A stretch of 64,000 nucleotides of DNA from an uncultured Chloroflexia bacterium. GTDB lineage: Bacteria; Chloroflexota; Limnocylindria; Limnocylindrales; CSP1-4. A program made the position numbers and the translations under genes. The stretch covers positions 259,980 through 323,979 of the forward strand of contig CAVSAP010000001.1 of NCBI GenBank assembly GCA_963726055.1, written 5' to 3'. Below are positions 30,674 through 42,005 of this stretch, in pieces. Numbering within the stretch: position 1 is the stretch's first letter; every line of letters starts with the position of its first letter. The notes under the pieces were generated by a model. That model was not told where the DNA came from. It searched no databases and worked only from the letters and a program-made list of their open reading frames with translations.

Positions 30674-30782
30674 TCAAGCGTCACTCGCGGCCGCTTCTTC
30701 GCTGATCTGAACGTTTCGGCCTGCCGTCACACTCATTGGAGGTGACCGCGACGCAATCGGCGCGGTCGCTAAGGGAGACCTG

Positions 30783-31331
30783 GTGGAAGACCTCGTCATC
30801 CGAGCCCGTGACGGCGATCGCGATGCGTTCGCGGCCCTGGTCCACGCGACCAGCGACCGACTCTTCGCGATAGCCGTCCGGATTCTCCGTGATGCCGATC
30901 TCGCGGAGGACGCCCTGCAGGGCGCCCTCGTCACGGCCTGGCGCCAGCTCCCGACGCTTCGCGACCCGGCCCGCTTCGAGGCTTGGGTTCGCCGGTTGCT
31001 CGTCCATGCCTGCTACGCCGAGGCCAGGCGTCGCCGGTCGTGGGCGGCCCATGTCCGAGTCCTGCCGGTCGACGGGCCGGTCGGGCCGGATGGCCTGCTC
31101 TCGATCATCGAGCGCGATGCGCTCGACCGCGCCTTCCGGCGTGTCTCGATCGAGCACCGGGCGGTCTTCGTCCTGCATCACCACCTCGGGCTGTCCCTGG
31201 TCGAGATCGCCGAGACGCTCGGCATCCCGGCCGGAACGGCCCGATCGCGACTCCATTACGCGACCAGGTTGTTGCGCGCTGCCATCGAGGCGGACGCGGC
31301 ACCGGTCGCCACCGAAGGACGGATGGCATGA
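30783..31331 (+). CDS. ECF-type RNA polymerase sigma-70 family factor
   Basis: ORF 30783..31331 (GTG start, SD GGGAGA). Region 2 is DLAEDALQGALVTAWRQL. Region 4 is LSLVEIAETLGIPAGTARSRLHYATRLL. Confidence 0.9.
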   Translation: MEDLVIRARDGDRDAFAALVHATSDRLFAIAVRILRDADLAEDALQGALVTAWRQLPTLRDPARFEAWVRRLLVHACYAEARRRRSWAAHVRVLPVDGPVGPDGLLSIIERDALDRAFRRVSIEHRAVFVLHHHLGLSLVEIAETLGIPAGTARSRLHYATRLLRAAIEADAAPVATEGRMA

Positions 31332-32661
31332 ACGACGAACGGAACTTCGATCGACTCGCTCGAGCCTGGCTCGACCTGATGCCGGACGAGGCACCCGATC
31401 GGACGATTGCCGCCGTCCTCCAGGCCGTCGAGGCGGCGCCGCAGGTGCGGCCGCCGTTGCGATGGCTCACCCGGAGGTTTCCGAACATGAACCGACTATT
31501 CCTTGCCGCCACCGTTGCGGGTGCGGCGGTTCTGGCCGTCGGGGGCGGCCTGTGGTTGACACAGATCAGACGGCCCGTCGATCGGCGCGCCGTCGCCGAC
31601 ACCATCGGCCAGCGCGTCGCCGAGCGGCGTGCCGCCGAGCGCTGCGCTCAGCCCTGAGGAATTGCAATATCCGTGGCTCGGAGAAGTGGTCGAGGCGCCG
31701 GGCCTGCCGGTTGGACGGGATCGGTCGTTCCTGGAGATCGGGCCGTCGACAGTGGAGCTGAACATCGACCAGCCTGAGTTCCTCCTGTCGGACATCACCG
31801 CCGGCGATCCGGGCGTGCTACGCCTCGTCGCCCGCAACTCGACAGGCGACTGCTCGCCGGGCGATGTCGGGCTCTATGCGTGGACGCTGTCGCCGAAGGG
31901 CACGCAGCTCCAGCTGACCGCGTCGGAGGACGCCTGCACGGCTCGCCGCGCCGCGTTCGAGGGCGCCTGGGAGCGATCTGCCTGTCGGAATCCTGACAAC
32001 AGCTGCCTCGGCGATCTCGAGGCTGGCACATACAAGTCGCAGTTCATCGGGCCGCGACTGGACGAAGGCGAGCCCTGGACCGCCAACTACGGGGCTTTCT
32101 CATACACGGTGCCCGACGGGTGGTCGAACACATCCGACTTCCCTGACAACTACACGCTCATGCGGAGCGCTGATTACGCGGTCGCATCTGACCCAAAGGA
32201 CGGAACCAAGGACCTCGTCGAGTTCTACGCGCGACCGGGCATCGCGCTTCAGGACCAGACGTGTGAGCCGCAGGTGAAGCCGGAGACGGGCAGGTCGGTC
32301 GATGAGCTGATCGCCTACGTCACCCAGCATCCGGGGCTGACGGCCAGCATCCCACAACCCATCACGATCGATGGCCACGCCGGCCAGATGGTCGACGTCT
32401 CGATCGCACCATCGTGGACGGGGCGCTGCCCCGAAGTCCCGGACCGCATCCTCATGTTGTTTACCGAAACCGGCCCGGATATGACGGGCTCCGGCCTGGA
32501 GCAACCGGGCCTGTGGAGGACCGACAAGATGCGGATCGTCCTGCTCGACCTGGGCGATGGCGACGTCATGCTCATCGACCTCCTCGCCCGCGACCCGGCC
32601 AACTTCGACGAGGCTGATGACCGAGGCGATGCCGATCGTCGAGTCGTTGACGTTCAAGTAG
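31328..32661 (+). CDS. Anti-sigma-like single-pass membrane protein with a large Cys-containing extracytoplasmic domain; interrupted by two +1 frame changes as assembled
   Basis: ATG 31328 overlaps the sigma stop (ATGA). Frame a gives MNDERNFDRLARAWLDLMPDEAPDRTIAAVLQAV...LFLAATVAGAAVLAVGGGLWL. Frame b (from about 31562) gives SDGPSIGAPSPTPSASASPSGVPPSAALSPEELQYPWLGE... (ORF 31629..32897). Frame c (from about 32616) gives MTEAMPIVESLTFK then TAG at 32659-32661. Confidence 0.7.
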
Positions 32662-32747
32662 TCCCCGTCAGCGTGCGGGTAGCGGCGCCCGTCCCGGGCG
32701 CCGCTTCACGCTTGGCGGACGGTCTGATTCGCATCCTCGGCCAAGAT

Positions 32748-32862
32748 TCGATAGCATTCGAAAAACCCCCGGTGGACCGAACCCATGGCGAAGTATGTCT
32801 TTGTGACCGGAGGCGTTACCTCCTCACTCGGCAAAGGCATCACCGCCGCCAGCATCGGCCGG
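32748..32862 (+). repeat. Direct repeat copy 1 of the pyrG promoter-leader-first 26 codons
   Basis: About 96% identical to 34193-34306 (5 differences, including one extra A). Confidence 0.9.
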
Positions 32863-32865
32863 TGA
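32785..32865 (+). pseudogene. pyrG: Truncated pyrG 5' fragment (26 codons then TGA)
   Basis: [26 protein letters not shown] followed by a stop. These residues are identical to residues 1-26 of the full CTP synthase at 34229. Confidence 0.85.
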
Positions 32866-32893
32866 CGGGACCTGACGAGCAAAAGAGGGATCG

Positions 32894-34126
32894 GTGACAA
32901 GAGACCCCAGGTCACGTCCGCCGCGATCGTTCGCGATCGGTCTGGCGATCCTTCTGGTTGCCGGGTGCTCGCAGGCCGGCCCATCCAGTGCTACGTCGCC
33001 CAAGGTATCGCCGTTGTCATCGCCGTCGGGGCTCGAGTTCCCGAATTCCTCGTCGATCGGCCCGTCGCCATCCGCGACGGCCGGGTTCGTCCCATTTGGA
33101 TCCCTCCCAAATGCGGCGCTCGACGACGCGCGAGCGGCGAAGATGCAGGAGGTCCTCGAGACCGCCGTCCGGTCCGGAGCCCCGGACGTCATCGCCGCGG
33201 TCATTACGGAGCGCGGGACATGGGCGGGCGCGGCCGGGATTGGCGGGCCTGACGGTCGGAAGGCAACGGTTCAGGACGAGTTCGCGATCGGCAGTGTCGG
33301 CCTCGCCTTCATTGCCGCGCTCGTCATGCGACTCGCCGAACGCGGCATGATCGACCTCGACGCGCCGATCGACGACTATCTCGGAGATCTCGTCTTCGAC
33401 ACGAACGGCGCCACGGTTCGGCAGGCGCTTGGTCAGCGCTCGGGGATCCCGGACGTCGGCGGGGAGGCGGCCGAGGCGATCGCGGCGGATCCGGCCCATC
33501 ATTGGACACTCGAGGACACGCTCGCGGTCCTTCCTGATCCAAGCGGCCCGCCAGGACCCTACCTGCCGGCGCTCTCGAACTACGTGATGCTCGTCCTCGC
33601 GGTCGAGCACGTCACCGGCATGCCCCTGGCGAACGCGGTTCGGGCGGAGCTTCTGGACCCTGTCGGTGCCGCTCGGATTCTTGTCCAGGGGGCGGGCGTT
33701 CCCACGCCGAAGCCCTGGGCGCTCCCGACCCAGGCCCACCTCGGCGCGTTCAAACTCGAAGACCTTGGCGCAGGCGACGCGATCTCGTGCATCGCCTCTG
33801 CGACGGCTTCCTACGGCGTCGGAGGGTTTGCCGGCGACGCCCCGTCGGTCGCGGCCTGGGCGTGGCATCTCTTTGCCGAAGATATCGTCGACGGCACATC
33901 GCTGACCATGATGTTGCCCGCGGCCGATGGCCACGGCCTCGGCCTCGAGGTGCTTGACGCGCCACTTGATCGCGCGATCGGCCTCACGGGGGGCAAGACC
34001 GGGTACGGGTCGGTCCTCGCGATCATGCCGGCGGAAAAGACGATCGCGGTTGTCTTCGTGAACGACGAGAAGTTCCGAATCGACTCGTATGTCGTTGACC
34101 TCATCGAGGCCGCGACTGGCGGTTAG
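32894..34126 (+). CDS. Lipoprotein, beta-lactamase/serine-hydrolase family homologue with degenerate catalytic motifs
   Basis: ORF 32894..34126. The lipobox is LLVAGCSQ. It has the beta-lactamase-fold pattern (LGQRSGIP, VEHVTGMPL, GGKTGYGS), but SxxK reads SVGL and YxN reads LSN. Confidence 0.75.
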   Translation: MTRDPRSRPPRSFAIGLAILLVAGCSQAGPSSATSPKVSPLSSPSGLEFPNSSSIGPSPSATAGFVPFGSLPNAALDDARAAKMQEVLETAVRSGAPDVIAAVITERGTWAGAAGIGGPDGRKATVQDEFAIGSVGLAFIAALVMRLAERGMIDLDAPIDDYLGDLVFDTNGATVRQALGQRSGIPDVGGEAAEAIAADPAHHWTLEDTLAVLPDPSGPPGPYLPALSNYVMLVLAVEHVTGMPLANAVRAELLDPVGAARILVQGAGVPTPKPWALPTQAHLGAFKLEDLGAGDAISCIASATASYGVGGFAGDAPSVAAWAWHLFAEDIVDGTSLTMMLPAADGHGLGLEVLDAPLDRAIGLTGGKTGYGSVLAIMPAEKTIAVVFVNDEKFRIDSYVVDLIEAATGG

Positions 34127-34172
34127 TGCTCCCGTGATCCCGGCCGTCAGCCGTCGATCGGGTCGATTCGCC

Positions 34173-34192
34173 TTGCTCCGGAAGGGTCTTTC

Positions 34193-34201
<9 letters not shown>
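34173..34201 (+). promoter_or_regulatory. Candidate sigma-70-type pyrG promoter TTGCTC-N17-TAGCAT
   Basis: Hexamers at 34173-34178 and 34196-34201 with a 17-nt spacer. The predicted start falls in the A5 run (34205-34209), which is followed by C5 and SD GGAGGA. Confidence 0.4.
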
Positions 34202-35920
<1,719 letters not shown>

Positions 35921-35924
35921 TCCG

Positions 35925-35958
35925 GGCGTTGTCCCCGCCGCGGCGGGTGCACAACGCC
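35925..35958 (+). terminator. GC-rich hairpin immediately after the pyrG stop
   Basis: ggcgttgt-ccccgccg/cggcggg-tgc-acaacgcc has an outer 8-bp stem and an inner 6-bp stem. There is no U-tract, which is common in high-GC genomes. Confidence 0.45.
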
Positions 35959-36159
35959 TGCGGTCCTGATCAGCCTTGCGCGCCACGCACACAAGCGACC
36001 GCGAATCGCGGAAATCGGTCGCGACGTCACGTGGCACGAAAGGAATCGACTGATTCGGGGCCCAACCCGTCGGAAGTTCCCGCCTGGCGCAACGGATCGA
36101 CAGGTTTCGGGTCTGGCTTCGTCCGATACTCGCGTCTGACGCAAATCCGATCGTCGCCG

Positions 36160-36345
36160 GCCCACATTCCTATGTGACCGGAACACGCGACACTGCGCGC
36201 CGGGAATCCATCCGATTCACCCGTGTGGCAGGAGCATTCGACCGATCCTGGCCCGCGATCGGTAAACCTTCCTGTGTGGTAGGACGAACCAGCCGATTCC
36301 AGGGCGGTCTTGTTGGATATGCCCATGTGATAGGAATCTGGCTGG
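36160..36345. repeat. Four copies of a motif (yyCCyr-TGTG-ryAGGA) at an exact 51-nt period; degenerate related copies lie upstream to about 36025
   Basis: TGTG occurs at 36173, 36224, 36275 and 36326. AGGA/GGAA occurs at 36179, 36230, 36281 and 36332. Confidence 0.85.
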
Positions 36346-36374
36346 AGTGCGCCGGCCTTACGCCGGTTCGGGCG

Positions 36375-36380
36375 TAGAAT
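36375..36380 (+). promoter_or_regulatory. Candidate -10 element TAGAAT for tal
   Basis: It lies 31 nt upstream of ATG 36412, with SD CAGGAG at 36400-36405. No convincing -35 was seen. Confidence 0.35.
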
Positions 36381-36411
36381 CAGGCACTGCCCATCCTGCC
36401 AGGAGCGCCCG

Positions 36412-37125
36412 ATGAAGATCTTCCTCGACACCGCCGACATCGAAGAAATCCGGATCGCCGCGCGCTGGGGTGTCCTCGACGGCGTGACGACCAATCCGAC
36501 GCTCTTCTCCAAGACCAGCGGCGCGACGTACGAGGAAGTCCTCCAGGAGATCTGCACGATCACCAACGGCCCGGTCTCGGCCGAGGTCGTCGCCGAGGAC
36601 GTCGAGGGGATGCTGACGGAGGGCCGGGCGTTCGCCAAGCTCGCCCCCAACATCGTCGTCAAGGTCCCGATGAGCGAAGAAGGACTCGAGGCGATGAGCC
36701 GCTTCGCGGAGGAGGGGATCAAGACCAACTGCACGTTGATCTTCACGGCGAACCAGGGCCTGCTCGCCGCCAAGGCCGGGGCGAGCCTGCTCTCGCCGTT
36801 CGTCGGGCGGCTCGACGACATCAACCAGGACGGGATGATCGTCATCCGCGAGCTGACCGAGATCGTGGAGATCCACGAGCTCGACACGGAGGTCCTCGCG
36901 GCCTCGATCCGCAACCCGCTTCACATGACCCAGGCCGCCCTCGCCGGCGCGCACATCGCCACGCTGCCGTTCAAGATCCTCCAGCAGATGGTCCACCACC
37001 CGCTCACGGACTCGGGGATCAAGCAGTTCCGGTCCGACTGGGAGAAGGCGCGCCAGGCGCTCGCGTCGCGAAACGACAAGGCCAAGGAGGAAGTCGCGGC
37101 CGCGCCGACGAAGCCCGGCGCCTAG
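36412..37125 (+). CDS. tal: Transaldolase (short fructose-6-phosphate-aldolase-type)
   Basis: ORF 36412..37125. N-terminus MKIFLDTADIEEIRIAARWGVLDGVTTNPTLFSK. The Schiff-base lysine context is IVVKVPM. Confidence 0.9.
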   Translation: MKIFLDTADIEEIRIAARWGVLDGVTTNPTLFSKTSGATYEEVLQEICTITNGPVSAEVVAEDVEGMLTEGRAFAKLAPNIVVKVPMSEEGLEAMSRFAEEGIKTNCTLIFTANQGLLAAKAGASLLSPFVGRLDDINQDGMIVIRELTEIVEIHELDTEVLAASIRNPLHMTQAALAGAHIATLPFKILQQMVHHPLTDSGIKQFRSDWEKARQALASRNDKAKEEVAAAPTKPGA

Positions 37126-38246
37126 GCGGGGTCGATCCAGGCGCCCCGGCGCATCACGCGCTTGACTCGGAGGTCATCGTCGAGCTCGACCAGGTCAGCT
37201 CGCTGACCGGCCTCGATGCGGCCGCGGTCTCGGATGCCGAGCATCGCAAGCGGATTCCGGCTGGCGGCGGCAACCGCAGCAGGCAACGAGACGCCTGATC
37301 GGACGAGGTTGCGAACAGCGTCGTCGAGGGCGATCACCGAACCTGCGAGCGTGGTCGTCCCGACGAGCGTCACGCGTCCATCGACGACATCCATCTCCAG
37401 TCCGCCCATCGTGATCCGACCGTTGCCCATGCCGGCAAACGAGATGGCGTCGCTGACGAGCAGCAGCCGCCCCACCGGCTTCGTCCTGGTGATGATCGGC
37501 CAGAGCGACGGGTCGACGTGGTGGCCGTCGGCGATGAGCTCGACATAGGCGTTGTCGTTGACCAGCGCCGCCACGGCGAGCCCGGGCGCATGGTGGTCGA
37601 CGCCGCTCATCGCGTTGAACAGGTGGGTCGTCGTCGTGCCCCCGGCCGCATAGCCGGCTCGGGCCTGGTCCACGCTCGCCGCTGAGTGGCCCATCGAGCT
37701 GGCCACCCCTCGGTCCCGGAGCCAGCTGATGAGTTCGATTGCCCCTGGCAGTTCGGGCGCGACCGTGATCAGGCGCAGGCCGTCGACGAGCGGCTCGAGA
37801 TCGGCCAACGGCACGTCCGCGGGAACAAGAAGGTGCCGAGGATCGTGTGCGCCGCGCTTGGCCTCGGAGAGGAACGGCCCCTCCAGGTTGAAGCCCAGTG
37901 GCTGCGAACCGTCGCGTGGAGCGACCGGCAGCCAGTCCCGCACGCGCTCCGCGAACGCGACGAGGACCGCGAGAGGCGTGGACCACGCGGTCGGAAGGAA
38001 CGAGGTCACGCCGCGCGCCAGCAGGGCCCGGGCCATCCCATCGAGCGCGGCCGGATCGCCCATCGCGTCATGGCCGCCCCAGCCATGGACGTGGACGTCG
38101 ACGAACCCCGGGGCCAGCAGGGGGCCCTCGACGCCTTCGTCGAGTTCAACCGAGTCGATCTGGCCGTCCGCGACGGCGACGCGCCCGCCGCTGACCCGAT
38201 CCTCGAGGACGAGGCGCCCCGTCAGCGTCGTCGGTGCGGTGCTCAC
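37122..38246 (-). CDS. nagA: N-acetylglucosamine-6-phosphate deacetylase
   Basis: C-terminal 374 aa of ORF 37122..38885. GTG 38246 overlaps the GntR stop. Motifs [22 protein letters not shown] and THLFNAMS. Confidence 0.85.
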   Translation of the reverse strand: MSTAPTTLTGRLVLEDRVSGGRVAVADGQIDSVELDEGVEGPLLAPGFVDVHVHGWGGHDAMGDPAALDGMARALLARGVTSFLPTAWSTPLAVLVAFAERVRDWLPVAPRDGSQPLGFNLEGPFLSEAKRGAHDPRHLLVPADVPLADLEPLVDGLRLITVAPELPGAIELISWLRDRGVASSMGHSAASVDQARAGYAAGGTTTTHLFNAMSGVDHHAPGLAVAALVNDNAYVELIADGHHVDPSLWPIITRTKPVGRLLLVSDAISFAGMGNGRITMGGLEMDVVDGRVTLVGTTTLAGSVIALDDAVRNLVRSGVSLPAAVAAASRNPLAMLGIRDRGRIEAGQRADLVELDDDLRVKRVMRRGAWIDPA

Positions 38247-38992
38247 GCGCCCGGTCCCGCCGGGGCGACGTCGGTGCCTTCCACGTCGAACATGACGTCC
38301 AGAGCGTAGCGGTCGGCTCCGTAGCGGGACTCCGTGGCCTCGATCCGGTGGCCATGGCCGTCCTCGATGACGCGACGTTCGACAAGCAGGGGATCGCCCG
38401 GTCGCAGCCCCAGGAGCCGGCTGTCCTCGGCCGTCGCGGCTGCGGCGGCGATCGTGCCCGTCCCGCGACGCAGCCGGAACCCAGCTCCGGTGAGCGTGTC
38501 GTGCAGCGAGCCAGCCTCGAGGTCGGCGGTCATCACGGCCGCGGCGCAGCGCCCGATCAGTACGGTCGACTCGACGACGATGGGGACCGCGTCCGCGCAT
38601 CGGAGCCGTCGGAGATGAACGATCGGCTCGCGCGGAGCGAGTCCGAGGGCCGTGGCCTCCGCCGTCGTCGATGGACGGATCGCGCGGGCCAGGATGCGGG
38701 AACTCGGGACGCGGCCACGCCGCCGCATCTCCTGGCTGAACGTCATGAGCCTGTTTGCCCGGCGATGTGCTGGCGGTTCGGCGACGAAGCTGCCCCGCCC
38801 TGGCTCGCGGGCGACGAGGCCCTCCTCGGCGAGACGCTGCATCGCGTTCCGGGCCGTCATCCGGCTGACCCCGAACTCTGTGCACAGGTCCGCATCGGAC
38901 GGCAGCCGCGCGCCGGGACGAAGGGTTGCGATCCGCTCGCGGAGCGCCTGCTCGATCCGCCGGTAGTGCGGCAGGTAGTCGGCGTCGGTCAT
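38243..38992 (-). CDS. GntR/HutC-family transcriptional regulator (wHTH plus UTRA)
   Basis: ORF 38243..39685 trimmed to ATG 38992. Sequence: [60 protein letters not shown]. Confidence 0.85.
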   Translation of the reverse strand: MTDADYLPHYRRIEQALRERIATLRPGARLPSDADLCTEFGVSRMTARNAMQRLAEEGLVAREPGRGSFVAEPPAHRRANRLMTFSQEMRRRGRVPSSRILARAIRPSTTAEATALGLAPREPIVHLRRLRCADAVPIVVESTVLIGRCAAAVMTADLEAGSLHDTLTGAGFRLRRGTGTIAAAAATAEDSRLLGLRPGDPLLVERRVIEDGHGHRIEATESRYGADRYALDVMFDVEGTDVAPAGPGA

Positions 38993-39963
38993 GGCCCGTC
39001 GCCTGGCGCGGCCGTCAGTACCGATCGGTCGTCCTCGGGCGCAGGCGGGACCTCGACCGCCTGTTCGGCTCCGTGAATGGCAGCCCCGATGGCGCCCGCC
39101 CACGTCCCCAGCTCGGCCGTGACAACTTCGACCTCGTCGAGGGACGTCGTCAGCACCCGCCGGCGCAGCTCGTCGCGGATGGGGCCGAGGAGCAGGTCCC
39201 CGGCCGCCGCGATGCCACCGCCGATCACGACCCGGTCGGGCGAGATGACGACGACCATGTTGGCGATGCCGATCCCCAGGTAACGCCCGATCTCGGCCAA
39301 GCCCGCGAGGGCTCGAGGATCGCCGGCGCGGGCGGCTTCGACCGCCGCCTCGGCCGTCTCCGTGCCACAGGCAGCCGCGATCCGATCGGCCCGGGCGAAC
39401 GCCTCGAGGCAACCCCGGTTGCCGCAGCCGCATTGCGGACCATCCGGGTCGATCGTCTGGTGGCCGACCTCGCCGGCCGTGCCGTCGTGGCCGAGATGGA
39501 CGTGGCCGTCGATCGCGATGACGCCGCCGACGCCCGTCCCGAGCGTCAGGCCGACGAGCGAGCTCGCCCCTCGGCCGGCTCCGAGCCGCAATTCCGCCAG
39601 CCCGAACGCCCGCGCGTCGTTGATCAGCGAGACCGGAACGCCGAGCATCGCCTTGACCGGCCCAGCGACGGGCCGGCCGGACCACTCCGCAGGCATGTTG
39701 ACGAGGAATCGCGCCGAGCCCGTTGCCGGGTCGTACAGACCCGGGATCCCGATGCCGACCGATTCGATCCCCGGCCAGCGATCGAGTGCCGCCCGACCGA
39801 GCTCGCCCACCCGGCCGATCACGGCGTCCGCGCCCTCCGCAGCCAGAGTCAGGCGTTGGCCCTGGTCGATCGTTCGCCAGTCGTCGCCGTCATGCTCGAT
39901 CGCGGCCCACTTGAGATTGGTGACGCCCAGGTCGATCCCGAGATGGAAGGTCGCGCGGGTCAC
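38989..39963 (-). CDS. ROK-family sugar kinase
   Basis: C-terminal part of ORF 38989..41472. GTG 39963 overlaps the permease stop. Motifs [12 protein letters not shown] and the zinc motif [21 protein letters not shown]. Confidence 0.85.
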   Translation of the reverse strand: MTRATFHLGIDLGVTNLKWAAIEHDGDDWRTIDQGQRLTLAAEGADAVIGRVGELGRAALDRWPGIESVGIGIPGLYDPATGSARFLVNMPAEWSGRPVAGPVKAMLGVPVSLINDARAFGLAELRLGAGRGASSLVGLTLGTGVGGVIAIDGHVHLGHDGTAGEVGHQTIDPDGPQCGCGNRGCLEAFARADRIAAACGTETAEAAVEAARAGDPRALAGLAEIGRYLGIGIANMVVVISPDRVVIGGGIAAAGDLLLGPIRDELRRRVLTTSLDEVEVVTAELGTWAGAIGAAIHGAEQAVEVPPAPEDDRSVLTAAPGDGP

Positions 39964-40965
39964 GATTCCCCGGTCACTCGCGTGTATGCCGCCGCCACTG
40001 CCACGATGATGGCCCCGAACAGGATCTGGCGGACGGCCTCCGGCATCTCGAGGACGGTCAGGAGGGTCGTGAGGACCGTGAGGATCAGGGCTCCGACAAT
40101 CGTTCCGGAGTAGCCGCCGCGGCCACCCATGATCGATGTTCCGCCGATGACCGCGGCCGCGACGGACGGCAGGACCGATTGCTCGGCGAGACTGACTGTT
40201 GCGTTGTTGAGGAGGCCGGCCATGAGGATTCCGGCGATGGCCGCCAGCACCGCCGACAGGATGTACAGGGCGAGCAGGACCTGCCAGACACGCGTTCCGG
40301 CGAGGCGCGCCGCGATCGGGTTGTCGCCGACCGCGAACAGCAGCCGCCCGTAGCCGCTCCGCCGCAGGCCGACCACGATCAGGGTGGCGACCGGTACGAA
40401 GACGACGAGACTGTTCGGCAGGAAGCCCAGCGAGATGCCGGATCCCAGCCACTCGATTGCGTCCGGGATGAGGATGCCGGACTGGACCATGATCAGTTGG
40501 TACACGGACATCAGGCCGAGCACGACCAGGCTCATGCCGAGGGTCATGATCAGCGGATGCACCTTGAACACACCGATGCCGATGCCGTTCACGACCCCGG
40601 CGATCGTGGCGCGCAACGAAGGCGATGACGATCGCGACGACCGGACCCTGGCCGGTCGCCTGGGTGACCATCAGGAAGGCCGCCATCGAGGCCACCGCGC
40701 CGACCGATAGGTCGATCCCGCCGGTCAGCATCGCCAGGGTCTGGCAGGCGGCGAGGATCGCGAGTGGGACGGCGGCCCGGAGGGTCGTCGCGAGCCAGTT
40801 GACATTCACGGTCCCGGGCTTCACCAGCTCGAGGCCCACGACGAGGAGCACGAGGAGGATGCCGAGCGGGATGAGCGGCCGGTCGCGGATCGTGCGGCGC
40901 CAGGCCGCGTCGACCCGCGGCTCGGTGCTCGGGGCGGCCGGCCGGGCTGCGCCGGTCCCCGTCAT
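39960..40965 (-). CDS. Sugar ABC transporter permease (RbsC/AraH-type); one +1 frame change near 40617 as assembled
   Basis: The N-terminal half is in the frame of ORF 38989..41472 (MTGTGAARP...LTGGIDLSVGAVASMAAFLMVTQATGQGPVVAIVIAF). The C-terminal half is ORF 39960..40616 (LRATIAGVVNGIGIGVFKVHPLIMTLGM...). Confidence 0.8.
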
Positions 40966-42005
40966 GCCCGCACCTTGCGCATCGCGACGATGCTGCCGAA
41001 CATCACCACGCCGATAAGGATCGCGCCCTGGATCGCCGTCCCCCAGTTGGGGTCGACGCCGATGAAGGTCAGGTCGGTCCGGACGAGGGCGAGGACCACG
41101 ACCGCGATGATCGGTCCCAGGACACCGCCGCGTCCGCCCGCGAGGCTCACCCCGCCGAGCACGATCGCGGCCACGCTCTGGAGCGTGTAGGACCCGGGCA
41201 CGGGCGCCCCGACACCGCCGCTGGCGGTCAGGGCCAGGCCACCCAGGGCCGAGAAGAACCCGGTGAGGGCGTAGGCGATGACCTTCGTCCGGCCGACGGC
41301 GATCCCGCTCCGAAACGCGGCCAGCGGACTGCTGCCGACCGCGTACAGGCTCAGCCCGAGGGTCGAACGCCGAAGGGGCAGCCAGACAACGGCCACGACG
41401 ACGACGAGCACGATCAGCGCCTTCGGCAGCCACTCGCTCCCGAGTGGCCCAGAGATGATCGCCATGAGCCACGGCGCCGCGCCGCCGCCCGGCGTGTTCA
41501 GGATGAGCAGGGCCGCGCCGGCCCAGACGAACGACATCGCCAGCGTCACGACGATGTCCGGCACCCTCGTGACGACGATGAGACCGCCGTTGATCGCACC
41601 GACCGCCAGCCCGAGCAGGAGGACCCCCACGACGACCGCGACGCCGACGGCGTCACCCTGGTCCTTCATCAGGACCGCCGACGTCACGCTCGCGAGGGCC
41701 ATCACCGAACCGACCGACAGGTCGATTCCGCCGGAGATGACCACGATCGCCTGGGCGACGGCGGCGAACGCGATCGGCAGGATCGAGATCGCAAGGCCCT
41801 GGATCGCGGGTGCGCCGTAGTTCGGCTGGATGAGCTTCGTGATCGCCAGGAATGCGATGAGCATCCCCACGAGCCCGAGGTTCCAGCTGTTGCGCCGGGC
41901 CAGGTCGACCACGGTCGCGGCGAGTCCCGCCGCCGCTGGGGCTACCGCGTTCGTCGCCGCGCTCACGGGGGCCTCCGGGCTGCACATCGGGGTCGGGCGC
42001 CGCAT
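40962..42005 (-). CDS. Sugar ABC transporter permease (RbsC/AraH-type)
   Basis: ORF 40962..42005. It has ISGGIDLSVGSVMALA and is multi-TM. Confidence 0.85.
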   Translation of the reverse strand: MRRPTPMCSPEAPVSAATNAVAPAAAGLAATVVDLARRNSWNLGLVGMLIAFLAITKLIQPNYGAPAIQGLAISILPIAFAAVAQAIVVISGGIDLSVGSVMALASVTSAVLMKDQGDAVGVAVVVGVLLLGLAVGAINGGLIVVTRVPDIVVTLAMSFVWAGAALLILNTPGGGAAPWLMAIISGPLGSEWLPKALIVLVVVVAVVWLPLRRSTLGLSLYAVGSSPLAAFRSGIAVGRTKVIAYALTGFFSALGGLALTASGGVGAPVPGSYTLQSVAAIVLGGVSLAGGRGGVLGPIIAVVVLALVRTDLTFIGVDPNWGTAIQGAILIGVVMFGSIVAMRKVRA

